DNA from: Octopus sinensis
Taxonomy: Eukaryota
DNA length: 64,000 bases
Assembly (NCBI RefSeq): GCF_006345805.1
Contig: NC_043024.1
Span: 7,564,001 to 7,628,000, forward strand
Reading direction: 5' to 3'
The notes below the pieces were generated by a model. That model did no database searches, was not told the DNA's origin, and worked only from the letters and a program-made list of their open reading frames with translations. Position numbers and translations under genes: made by a program. Position 1 is the stretch's first letter. Each line of letters opens with the position of its first letter. Below, piece by piece: positions 40,772-52,771 of this stretch.

Positions 40772-40915
40772 TTATTTTCGTTTTTGGTTCCCTAAGTTTC
40801 TCGGGTAGTCCAGGTTGTCCAGGTTGTTTACAAATCACTTTACCATCCTTTCTATACTCACAAATTTCAGTCTTAATTAGTCCAGGGTTATTCCGTGGAT
40901 GCGAACGAAGGCACA
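40772..40915 (-). CDS. Exon of Cys-module repeat gene (module 1, divergent)
   Basis: Acceptor TTATGTTTCTTTATTACAG|, donor A|GTAAGT. 144 nt, phase 1-1, open: CLRSHPRNNPGLIKTEICEYRKDGKVICKQPGQPGLPEKLREPKTKI (third Cys replaced by Tyr). Confidence 0.72.
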
Positions 40916-40963
40916 CTGTAATAAAGAAACATAATCACAGACATATAAGTATATGAATATCAT

Positions 40964-41570
40964 CATCATCATCATCGTTTAGCGTCCGCTTTCCATGCTA
41001 GTATGGGTTGGACGGTTCAACTGGGGTCTGGGAAGCCAGAAGGCTGCACCAGGCTCCAGTCTGATCTGGCAATGTTTCTACGGCTGGATGCTCTTCCTAA
41101 CGCCAACCACTCCGTGAGTGTAGTGGGTGCTTTTTACGTGCCAGGCGAGGCTGGCAAACGGCCATGATCGGATGGTGCTTTTTATGTGCCACCTGCACGG
41201 GGTCCAGGCGAGGCTGGCAAATGGCCATGATCGGATGGTGCTTTTTACGTGCCACCGGCACAGGGGCCAGGCGAGGCTGGCAAACGGCCACGAACGGATG
41301 GTGCTTTTTACGTGCCACCTGCACGGGGGCCGGGCGAGGCTGGCAAATGGCCATGATCGGATGGTGCTTTTTACGTGCCACCGGCACAGGGGCCAGGCGA
41401 GGCTGGCAAACGGCCACGAACGGATGGTGCTTTTTACGTGCCACCTGCACGGGGGCCGGGCGAGGCTGGCAAACGGCCACGATCGGATGGTGATTTTTTA
41501 CATGCCACCGGCACAGGGGCCAGGCAAGGCTGGCAAACGGCCATGATTGGATGGTGCTTTTTATGTGCCG
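40964..41570 (-). mobile_element. RTE 3' tail with ~7 tandem ~60-bp UTR units
   Basis: (CAT)n tail, GGATGCTCTTCCTAACGCCAACCACTCC, then repeats of GCCAGGCGAGGCTGGCAAACGGCCACGA.CGGATGGTG. Confidence 0.85.
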
Positions 41571-41939
41571 TGAAGCTTATTGGAGGAGATGACAAGGGGC
41601 CAAGATGAATGGTGATATACTGTGCCCGAGAAAAATGAATTTTGTAAAAACCTCATTTTGACAAAACTGTCAAAACGTTTTCCCTCATAACTCATCTTTT
41701 AACATGCGTCTCATCATCAAGTTTCTGAGGTAAACACACTCAGGGACTGTAGATGATAGCCCTTATCCTCCTAAACGTTACCTTCATTTATCACCACTTC
41801 CTGCTTCCTGACCCACTCCTATTTCCCTTCCTTCATTTCTCCTCCCCCAAACCTATATTTACTGAGACCACCCTGATCCCAAACTTCAATTACAGACCTT
41901 GTGCCTATTGTAGAAAGGATTATTGTTATTATTACTATC

Positions 41940-41942
<3 letters not shown>

Positions 41943-42006
<64 letters not shown>

Positions 42007-42700
42007 ATGTATATGAAATATATATATATGTATGTATATGAATATATATGTATGTATTGAAATATATGTTTGTATATGAATATATATATGTTTGTATATG
42101 AATATATATATATGTATATATGCGTATATGTATATATGTGTATATGTATATATATATGTGTGTATATATATATCTACCTATATATACATATATATCTATA
42201 TATATACATATATATCTATATATATATATCTATCTATATATATATATCTATATATATATCTATCTATATATATATGTATCTATATATATATCTATCTATA
42301 TATGTATCTATATCTATCTATATATGTATCTATATCTATCTATATATGTATCTATCTATCTATATATGTATCTATATCTATCTATATATGTATCTATATC
42401 TATCTATATATGTATCTATATCTATATATGTATCTATATATATATATATATATCTATATAATATATATATATATATATATAATATATATATCTATCTCTA
42501 TACATACCTATATATATAATATATAATATATCTATATATATATAGGTATCTATATATCTATATATATATGTATCTTATATCTATATATATATGTATCTAT
42601 ATATCTATATATATATGTATCTATATATCTATATATATATGTATCTATATATATATATCTATATATATCTATCTATATATATATGTATCTATATATATAT
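41943..42700. repeat. (TA)n/(TATC)n compound microsatellite
   Basis: Direct reading. Confidence 0.97.
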
Positions 42701-43189
42701 AGAATGGTTGTATACTGTCAATCTAACAAGAACGTGACAGTAGGGGGTACACCACCGCTGTTATAGCCCTAGGAAGCATCGAACGCCTCCTGATAGCTTT
42801 GACACATTTTTCCCTGTGTCTATGATATAGATATAAAAGGGGGAGACAAACACCCCGGCTGCCGGAACTGCATCTAGGGACACCGTGTTTCAGGATCATT
42901 GTCCTTCATCGGCTAGAGTAGCAGACACCGGTCAGCCGGGTGATATTGCCTCGACTTCGTAATTCTATATATCTATATTCAGTGAAGTTTATTCACTGAT
43001 TATCAAAAAAGAAATATTGAATTCTAATCTCTCGTAGAGACATGTACGGTGGTGTGGGTTTATGTTCCTAGGGCTATACAGCGGTGGTGTACCCCTACTG
43101 TCACGTTCTTGTTAGATTGACAGGATACAAACCATTCTATCGCCCCCACACCGTACATGTCTCTACGAGAGATTTAGAAATTCAATATT
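42701..43189. mobile_element. Penelope-like terminus with interleaved inverted repeats (A-B-A'-B')
   Basis: A 42701-42775 / A' 43065-43138; B 43013-43058 / B' 43143-43189; a hammerhead lies between A and B; the element sits next to (TA)n. Confidence 0.7.
42851..42942 (-). ncRNA. Type I hammerhead ribozyme motif with long extended stem I
   Basis: Minus strand: CACCCGGCTG-ACCGG-TGT-CTGC-TAC-TCTAG-CCGATGA-AGGA CAATGA TCCT-GAAA-CAC G GTG-TC-C-CTAGA-T-GCAG-TT-CCGG-CAGCCGGGGTG. GUC cleavage triplet; U4 is C; one extra C after the cleavage site. Confidence 0.7.
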
Positions 43190-43191
43190 GT

Positions 43192-46100
43192 TTATCATCA
43201 TCATCATCATTTAACGCCCGTTTTCCACGCTAGCAGGGGTTGGACGGTTCGACCGGGGTCTGGGAAGCCAGGGGCCGCTCCAGGCTCCAGTCTGATCTGG
43301 CAGAGTTTCTACGACTGGATGCCCTTCCTAACGCCAACCACTCCGTGAGTGGAGTGGGTGCTTTTTACGTGCCACCTGCACAGGGGCCGGGGGGTCCGGC
43401 ATCGGTCATGATCGGTTCGAGCTTTTAACGTGCTAGCGGCACGGGGGGCAACAGGGTCCGGGGTACTTTGAATGGGTAGGTGGTATGTGGAATTGCTGCA
43501 GAAAGCAGCCGGGTCTTTGCAGTCACAGCATATCTCCAGAGATCTCGGTCCTTCGCCATTGCCTCAGTGAGGCCCAATGCTCTGAGGTCATGCTTGACTA
43601 CCTCATCCCATGTCTTCCTGGGTCTACCTCCCCCTGATACCTTCAACTGTTTGGGAGTGGCACTTCTTCACACATCTCTCTTCATCCATCGCAGCACATG
43701 ACCATACCATCGCAAGCGTCGCTCTTGCACACCACATCTGATGCTTCTTATATCCAGCATTTCTCTCAGGATGCTTACACTCTGTCTTGCGTGCACACTG
43801 ACACTACGCATCCAGCGGATCATGCTAGCTTCATTTCTTTCAAGTCTACGCATGTCCTCTGCAGTCACAGCCCATGTTTCATTACGTGAAGCATGGCAGT
43901 TCGCACACATGCATCATACAATCTACCTTTCGCTCTGAGGGAGAGACCTTTTGTTGCCAGTAGGGGTAGGAGCTTTCTGAACTTTGCCCAGGCTATTCGT
44001 ATTCTAGTAGTGATACTCTCTGTGCATCCACCTCCGCTACTAACTTGGTCACCCAGGTAGCGGAAACTATCAACTACTTCAAGTTTCTCTCCCTGGAGTG
44101 ATGGAATCTGCTTTCTGAGTGTCTCTGTGGTGTCTATTGTCCCTGTGCATCTGCCGCACATGAAAGCTATCTTATCTGTTTAATTTCCCTTTAATGTTGC
44201 TGCAACTATTATGGTCCATAACTTACATTGGGTGCATCTTATGGAGTTTCTACCTGTACCTTTCTTACAGATTGAGCAGGGCCACCTACCCGAGGGTGGG
44301 TGTGCTGAGTACCTCTTGTGTGCTTACTAATACTTTGGTCTTTGCTACATTATTCTAAGCCCTTTGATTCCAACCCTTGCTTCCACACCCAAAATTTCTC
44401 TTCTAGTTCCGTGTAGTGATTCTGTTATGAGAGCTAGGTCATCGGCATAGAGGAGCTCCCAGGGGCATCCCGTTTTGAATTCCTCTGTTATTGCCTGAAG
44501 GACTATGATGAATAAAAGGGGACTGAGGCTGAGCCCTGGTCAACACCTACTTCTACCGGAATTCTTCACTATATTCGTTGCCAATCCTAACCTTGCTGAC
44601 AGCCTCTCTGTAGAGCCTGTACAGCCCTTATTAGCCATTCTCAATCTCCAGTTTCCGCATCGACCACCAGATAAGGGAACGGGGAACCCTGTCAAGGCTT
44701 TCTCCAAGTCTACAAAAGCTATGTAGAGGGGTTTATCTTTAGCTAGGTACTTCTCCTGCAGTTGTCGGACCAGGAATATAGCATCAGTGGTGCTTCTACC
44801 TGGTACAAAACCGAACTGCATTTCATCTAAACAAAACTCTCCCTAATGAGATGGGTATGACCTTCTCTGAGCTCATCACCTGGTCCAACAGTTTGATACC
44901 TCTGTAGTTATTTCTATCAGAGCATCACCCTACCCTTGTAGCAGTTGATTATGGTGCTGCTGCACCAGTCATTGGGTATGACTCCATTGGAAAACTACCT
45001 GGTTTACAATGCGGGTGACTATGGTATAGCCCACATAGCCAGCTGTTTTAAGCATCTCAGCAGTGATTCCTGATAGGCCAGGGCTTGCCTGGTTTCATAT
45101 CCTTAATTGCCTTATCTACAAGGGAGCGTCTATTCGGGTAGCTGGTCCCTCTACTGGGTCAACATTGGCAGGCTCTCCTCCTCCCATTCATTCTCCTCAT
45201 TCAGCAGTCTTCATAATGGCTTCTCCAAGCCTCTTTCTTTTCACTAGCAGTAAAAGCAAGTGCCCCATCATCCATGCGGACACAATTCTCTCCTATAAAT
45301 GCTATTTTTCTCTGACACACTGTCTAGCAATCCGAAATACTTCAGCTCTTTGATCCTCGCGTCGCTGGACATTGGCAAACTTCTTCTTTTCTGCTACATC
45401 TTGGCTATGTATACTGCCGCCCAGCCTCCCTTTTGGCTATCTGGTACAGTTCCATGCTGCCCCCATCCTTCCAGGCCCGTCTCTTTTCACAGATGGCTTT
45501 ATCTACTGCACTATTCACCACCACGTAATTCTAGGTCTGGAAGGACTTTGCACCATCCACAGACTCGGTCTGTGGCACTCAGCAAGCTGTCCGTAGGAAT
45601 TCCCAGCTACCTTCTATGTCTGACGTCTGAAGCTCCTCCTCCTCTCATCAATTTCTTGATGAGTATGTCCCTAAATTTCTGACCATGTGAAGGGTTCTTT
45701 AGCCTCCAAATCCTTCTTTTTGGATTGGTTTGTTTCTTGGAGTCCTTCTGGCCTCAAGCTTAAAGTCACTGATGATTAGTCTATGCTGAGGGATACATTC
45801 TTTCACGGGAGGGTCTTTGTATTCAAGAGCAACCCTGCATCCGCTGTCTGGTGAGGATGAAGTCTATTTGGCTAGCGGAGTCTCCTGACTGATAAGTTAT
45901 AAGGTGGCAGACTGGCTTCTTGAAGTTACTGTGTGCAGATTGAAAGGTTACATGCATCACAGAATTCCAGCAGTCTAGTTCCCTCATCATTTCTGGTGCC
46001 AATACCATAGCCACCATGTACCCCAGTGAAGATACCCGATTCCCGCCCAACATGCCCATTAAAATCTCCACCTACAAAGATGAGGGTCTTGCTACTAGTC

Positions 46101-47280
46101 TTTGAAGTAGCCTGCAGAAGGTATCAAAAGTTGTCCTTCTGATCATTTGGTAGTCCCGCTTGTGGGGCATAGGCGGGAGATAATCATAGCTGTGCCACTC
46201 TGTAGGACCAACCTGAGCTTAAGCACTCTATCGCAAACCTGACAACCTCTATGACCTTATCCACCATTTCTCTGCAAGGAGAATGCCTACACCCCCTACA
46301 CCTCCACGTTACCTTGCCAGAAGAGTTTGTACTTAAGTGCCTTGCCCGTGAGGACCCTAGCCGAAGCACCTCTCCATCTTACCTCTTGTATGCAGCATAC
46401 ATCAACCTGTCTTCTCTCTAGCATCTCTCTACATCTCACTAGACTTGCCTGTCAATGTACCAACATTGATAGTGCCAACTCTGAAAACTGGGAAGGATGG
46501 GGGGGGGGGGAATTCAGCGCCTGAGAAGAGGAGGGTTGTTGTGGTGGTGATAGTTTTCGTGGCATTTTTCTTTTGATCTCTCTTCCGACCTGTCCACGCC
46601 GTGGACAGGAGCTGGTGTTAGCAGTGGAATTCGTTTTATCGTCACTGAGTAACGTAATTAGGTAGCGTAGTAAGGAGGAAAATACGATATTCAAGAGTTG
46701 AGTTGGGGAGGTCCAGCTGAGAAAGGTTTTCACCAGTGAAAAGAGAGGGAGAGATAGTAGAGGGGGTGCGGGGGTTAATATAGGGGAGCACCAGTGGGAA
46801 GGTTGGGGTAAGGAGGAACGATGGCAGGAAGGGGGTGGTAGGTTCGCAAGAAATAAAAACTAGTAGGATATTACGATGCGGGGAGGGGACTGGAAGGAGA
46901 TAGTCGGATTGAGGCAGTGTCAGGAGGAAGCGTAAGATCAGTGGGCAGTTGATGAGCTGTGGCGCTAGCAGCTTGTCTTTTCACAGTGAAAGCATATGAG
47001 AAGGGGTAGGAAGGGGTGGTGGGGAGGAGGAGGGAGTAGGGCGTATCCGGTGTAGATGGTGAGAACAGTGTTCACCGGTATTGGTGGTGGGGGGCGGGCG
47101 TACCGCCGATGGCGGAAAGATGGGATTAAGGCTTGAAGGTATCCTAAAAGGTTAAATTTCGTAGAGAGAGAGAGAGATAGGAAAGATAAATCAAGTATGG
47201 CGGAAAGATGGGGTTAAGGCTTGAAGGTAGCCTAAAAGGTTAAATTTCGTAGGTGAGAGAGATAGGAAAGACAATCAAGT
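43192..47280 (-). mobile_element. Near-full-length RTE-clade LINE (APE + RT), frameshifted
   Basis: Minus-strand pieces: EMVDKVIEV, DFNGHVG-like, SQIDFIL, KPGPIRNH, FGFVPGRSTTDAIFLVRQLQEKY..FVDLEKA, ELLYADD, VVDSFRYLG, RRLRWYGHV, GRPRKTW; (GAT)n tail at 43192. Confidence 0.95.
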
Positions 47281-47419
47281 TATTTCAGTTGAGACATTAA
47301 CAGTGGGCACGTATGAATAAATGTTGTAACAGCGATATGAATGTATGCCGTGCTATGTATGGAAAATAAAAATAATAAGATAAATTTTTTAAAACTTGCT
47401 GTGGGTATCGACCGGAAGT

Positions 47420-47812
47420 TGATATGTATCTATTTATATATGTATCTATATATATATTATATGTATCTATATATATATCTATATATATTGTATCTATATA
47501 TACGTATCTAATATATATATATATGTGTGTGTGTGGTGTGTGTGTGGGCATGTGTATATTATATGGGTGTGTATATATGTATATATAGTGTGTGGTATAT
47601 ATATATATAATATATTATAATATATATATGTTGTATATATGATATATATCTATGTGTGTATGTATATATATATATATACATAGATATGTGTGTTTGGATT
47701 TATAATATATATATATATATATATAGATATGTGTGTGTGTATTATATATGATATATATATATATATAGTATGTGGTGTGTGTATATATATATATATATAT
47801 ATAGATATGTGG

Positions 47813-47847
<35 letters not shown>

Positions 47848-47945
47848 TATGTGTGTGTTTAATATATTATATATATATCTAGTAGATATCGATATGTGTG
47901 GTGTGTATATATATATATATATATATCATATATATATAGATATGT

Positions 47946-47987
<42 letters not shown>

Positions 47988-48022
47988 TATGTGTGTGTGT
48001 GTATATATTGATATATATATAT

Positions 48023-48063
<41 letters not shown>

Positions 48064-48110
48064 ATATTATATATAATATATATATATATAAATATATAGA
48101 TATATATATA
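47420..48110. repeat. (TA)n/(TG)n compound microsatellite
   Basis: Direct reading. Confidence 0.95.
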
Positions 48111-48325
48111 CCTCTATTGAGGTAAAAAAAACATTCTGTGATGTATGAATAGTCCCTCGTTTAAGAATCAGATTGGGCTTACTTACATTTCTGAAGAAAA
48201 AAGATACCCCCCCCCTAACTCTAAATCAGATTGAAATGCAATAGATCGATACTAGGATCATAATTATGGGTGACAATTTCATACGACACCGCTAGAAAAA
48301 ACTGCCGTTCAAACCGAAAAGATCC
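48111..48325. mobile_element. Truncated copy of the 17534-17948 MITE
   Basis: Ends ACTGCCGTTCAAACCGAAAAGATCC|TATA; reverse complement of 17535-~17750. Confidence 0.85.
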
Positions 48326-48343
48326 TATATATATATATATATA

Positions 48344-48900
48344 TCATCATCATCGTTTAACGTCCGCTTTCCATGCTAGCATGGGTTGGACGGTTCAACT
48401 GGGGTCTGGCAAGCTCGAAGGCTGGACCAGGCCAGTCAGATGTGGCAGTGTTTCTACAGCTGGATGCCCTTCCTAATGCCAACCACTCCGAGAGTGTAGT
48501 GGGTGATTTTATGTGCCACTGACACAGGTGCCAGATGAGGCTGGCAGACGGCCACGCTCGGATGGTGTTTTTATGTGCCACCGACACAGGTGCCAGACGA
48601 GGCTGGCAGACGGCCACGCTCGGATGGTGTTTTCTTATGTGCCAGACGAGGCTGGCGAACGGCCACGCTCGGATGTTGTTTGTTACGTGCCCACAGCACG
48701 GAGGCCAGTTGATGCGGTACTGGCTACGGTCACGTTCGGATGGTTTTCTTATGTGCCACCCACAAGGATACAGATTCCATTGATGTTCATCTATTTTTAT
48801 TTGGTTTGATTTTCACTTGCCTCAACAGGTCTTCACAAGTGTCTCAAGGAGGAAGGTATGCACAGGTGAACTGACTACGTCCCAGGTAGGGGCCACGGGT
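48344..48900 (-). mobile_element. RTE 3' UTR and tail fragment
   Basis: Reverse complement of the 56100-57688 type sequence, including the (GAT)n tail. Confidence 0.9.
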
Positions 48901-48960
48901 TATGGCTTCACTAGTCTTGTCGGGTCTTCTCACGCACAGCATACTTATATATATATATAT

Positions 48961-49352
48961 AGGCGCAGGAGTGGCTGTGTGGTAAGTAGCTTGTTTACCA
49001 ACCGCATGGTTCCGGGTTCAGTCCCACTGCGTGGCACCTTGGGCAAATGTCTTCTACTATAGCCTCGGGCCGACCAAAGCCTTGTGAGTGGATTTGGTAG
49101 ACAGAAACTGAAAGAAGCCTGTCGTATATATGTATATATATATGTGTGTGTGTGTTTGTCCACTTAGCATTGCTTGACAACTGATGCTGGTGTGTTTACG
49201 TGCCCCGTTACTTAGCGGTTCGGCAAAAGAGACCGATAGAATAAGTACTGGGCTTACAAAAAAGAATAAGTCCCGGGGTCGAGTTGCTCGATTAAAGGTG
49301 GTGCTCCAGCATGGCTGCAGTCAAATGACTGAAACAAGTAAAAGAGTAAAGA

Positions 49353-49354
<2 letters not shown>
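48961..49354 (+). mobile_element. Full-length SINE family A
   Basis: AGGCGCAGGAGTGGCTGTGTGGTAAG (A-box region), GGGTTCAGTCCC (B-box region), CCTTGGGCAAG, central (TA)n/(TG)n, AAAAGAGTAAAGAGT tail. Confidence 0.9.
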
Positions 49355-49386
<32 letters not shown>

Positions 49387-49391
<5 letters not shown>

Positions 49392-49600
49392 TTATTAGAG
49401 ACAAAACCATTATTTTGCAAACACAAACAAGGAAAGACTTAATCAATACATAAAATTTTATGTATTGATTAAGTCTTTCCTTGTTTGTTTTGCAAAATAG
49501 TGGTTTTGTCTCTAATATATTTTATAATATTTTACTATAAAATTGGATTTAATCCTAAATCTGATTTTTTTCCCTGTAAATTTGGATTTATTCCCTAATA
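49387..49600. mobile_element. Palindromic AT-rich element, copy 1
   Basis: Near-perfect ~68-bp-arm hairpin centred on AAAATTTT (49452-49459), followed by a short tail containing TTTTTCCCTGTAA. Confidence 0.75.
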
Positions 49601-49612
49601 TTTATTATTATT

Positions 49613-49643
<31 letters not shown>

Positions 49644-49650
<7 letters not shown>

Positions 49651-50249
49651 TAGAGATAAAACCACTATTATGCAACTCAGTGATAGACATAAACCAAAAC
49701 ATAAAAAAAAAAAAAATATTCTTTTATAAAACATAACTATAACATATGTTTTGGTTTGTGTCTATCATTATTTGAATTGCATAATAGTGGTTTTATCTCC
49801 AATTTATATTTTATATATTTATATTCTCTTTACTTGTTTCAGTCATTTGACTGCGGCCATGCTAGAGCACCGCCTTTAGTCGAGCAACTCGGCCCCGGGA
49901 CTTATTCTTTGTAAGCCCAGTACTTATTCTATCAGTCTCTTTTTGCCGAACCGTTAAGTTACGGGGACATAAACACACCAGCATCGGTTGTCAAGCAATG
50001 CTAGGGGGACAAACACAGACACACAAACATATACACACACACACATATATATATATACATATATACGACGGGCTTCTTTCAGTTTCCGTCTACCAAATCC
50101 ACTCACAAGGGTTTGGTCGGCCCGAGGCTATAGTAGAAGACACTTGTCCAAGGTGCCACGCAGTGGGACTAAACCTGGAACCATGTGGTTGGTAAGCAAG
50201 CTTTAATACTAAATTGAATTTTTCCCTGTAAGTCTGGAGTTATACTCCC
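49644..50249. mobile_element. Palindromic AT-rich element, copy 2, interrupted by a SINE
   Basis: Hairpin 49644-49807 (TTAGAGATAAAACCACTATTATGCAA arms); its tail resumes at 50202-50249 after a family A SINE (49825-50201, minus strand). Confidence 0.7.
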
Positions 50250-50512
50250 GTATATATATATATAGTCAATAATAATAAGGGTAAAATTAATTAATTAGTA
50301 ATTAATAATTTTACCAAGCAGTGTTCAGTATGTAAAAGGACCATTTCCGGTAAATTTAAACATTACTTTATATAATTAGGGTTCAGCAAAAAAAAAATTG
50401 CGTTACCACACACAAAACTTTTAGAAATAGCAGCCAAAGAATTTAGCTATTTCCCCTAATATAAGAAGAGTCTACCAGACAATGTATACTCAAAAACAAT
50501 TCAGCATATACT

Positions 50513-52771
50513 GAATTCAGACTGGTATCCGACTCCCTACGAAAATACGAAATACGAAATATGAATCCAAGCTAAGCAATCTATATTTAATTTCAACCCG
50601 TGTACCTACTTAACTATCTGCAACTGATCTGATCTTTTAGTTAGCCCTGTTTTATCTCTATTAGTATTATTGTTATGACTTGTGAAATTTAGCCTCACGC
50701 CTTGTGTCTTTTTTATATGTACATATAATTCTAATTCTATAGTTCATCTTAATTATATATCGTTGTCTCATGTCTTGTGTTAAATATATATTTAATCTTA
50801 AAGCTTGCCCCTAATTTTATTTTATTTTATCGATCAGTCTCACGCCTCGTAGATATAGAATAAATGTATTTATAATTTATAGCTCCTTATCGTCCACGCT
50901 TCTCCCATAGGTTAGCCAAATTTAGGTATTTATTTATAGCTACTAATAACTATTTCTCTCCAAGGAAAGGAAGAAATGGCTGCCGGCCGATTCTTGGTGG
51001 GCCACGACCCCCCCGTTCCTCTTCAATTGTCTTATATCTCTTCGATCGCCATTCGCCCCCCCCCCCTTTCTCCGCCCCCTATATGCATATAAACCAGCGA
51101 CTGATTTCAACGGCCTCACTTGAATTCAGACTGGTATCCGACTCCCTACGAAAATACGAAATACGAAATATGAATCCAAGCTAAGCAATCTATATTTAAT
51201 TTCAACCCGTGTACCTACTTAACTATCTGCAACTGATCTGATCTTTTAGTTAGCCCTGTTTTATCTCTATTAGTATTATTGTTATGACTTGTGAAATTTA
51301 GCCTCACGCCTTGTGTCTTTTTTATATGTACATATAATTCTAATTCTATAGTTCATCTTAATTATATATCGTTGTCTCATGTCTTGTGTTAAATATATAT
51401 TTAATCTTAAAGCTTGCCCCTATTTTATTTTATTTTATCGATCAGTCTCACGCCTCGTAGATATAGAATAAATGTATTTATAATTTATAGCTCCTTATCG
51501 TCCACGCTTCTCCCATAGGTTAGGCAAAATTTAGGTATTTATTTATAGCTACTAATAACTATTTCTCTCCAAGGAAGAAGAAGAAATGGCTGCCGGCCGA
51601 TTCTTGGTGGGCACGACCCCCCCGTTCCTCTTCAATTGTCTATATCTCTTTCGATCGCCATTCGCCCCCCCCTTTCTCCGCCACCCTATATGCATATAAA
51701 CCAGCGACTGATTTCAACGGCCTCACTTGAATTCAGACTGGTATCCGACTCCCTACGAAAATACGAAATACGAAATATGAATCCAAGCTAAGCAATCTAT
51801 ATTTAATTTCAACCCGTGTACCTACTTAACTATCTGCAACTGATCTGATCTTTTAGTTAGCCCTGTTTTATCTCTATTAGTATTATTGTTATGACTTGTG
51901 AAATTTAGCCTCACGCCTTGTGTCTTTTTTATATGTACATATAATTCTAATTCTATAGTTCATCTTAATTATATATCGTTGTCTCATGTCTGTGTTAAAT
52001 ATATATTTAATCTTAAAGCTTGCCCCTAATTTTATTTTATTTTATCGATCAGTCTCACGCCTCGTAGATATAGAATAAATGTATTTATAATTTATAGCTC
52101 CTTATCGTCCACGCTTCTCCCATAGGTTAGGCAAAATTTAGGTATTTATTTATAGCTACTAATAACTATTTCTCTCCCAAGGAAGGAAGAAATGGCTGCC
52201 GGCCGATTCTTGGTGGGCCACGACCCCCCCGTTCCTCTTCAATTGTCTTATATCTCTTTCGATCGCCATTCGCCCCCCCCCCCTTTCTCCGCCACCCTAT
52301 ATGCATATAAACCAGCGACTGATTTCAACGGCCTCACTTGAATTCAGACTGGTATCCGACTCCCTACGAAAATACGAAATACGAAATATGAATCCAAGCT
52401 AAGCAATCTATATTTAATTTCAACCCGTGTACCTACTTAACTATCTGCAACTGATCTGATCTTTTAGTTAGCCCTGTTTTATCTCTATAGTATTATTGTT
52501 ATGACTTGTGAAATTTAGCCTCACGCCTTGTGTCTTTTTTATATGTACATATGATTCTAATTCTATAGTTCATCTTAATATTATATCGTTGTCTCATGTC
52601 TTGTGTTAAATATATATTAATCTTAAAGCTTGCCCCTAATTTTATTTTATTTTATCGATCAGTCTCACGCCTCGTAGATATAGAATAAATGTATTTATAA
52701 TTTATAGCTCCTTATCGTCCACGCTTCTCCCATAGGTTAGGCAAAATTTAGGTATTTATTTATAGCTACTA
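50513..52771. repeat. ~609-bp tandem repeat, 3.7 copies
   Basis: GAATTCAGACTGGTATCCG at 50513, 51122, 51729, 52340; copies nearly identical; the last is cut at the RTE 5' end. Confidence 0.97.
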
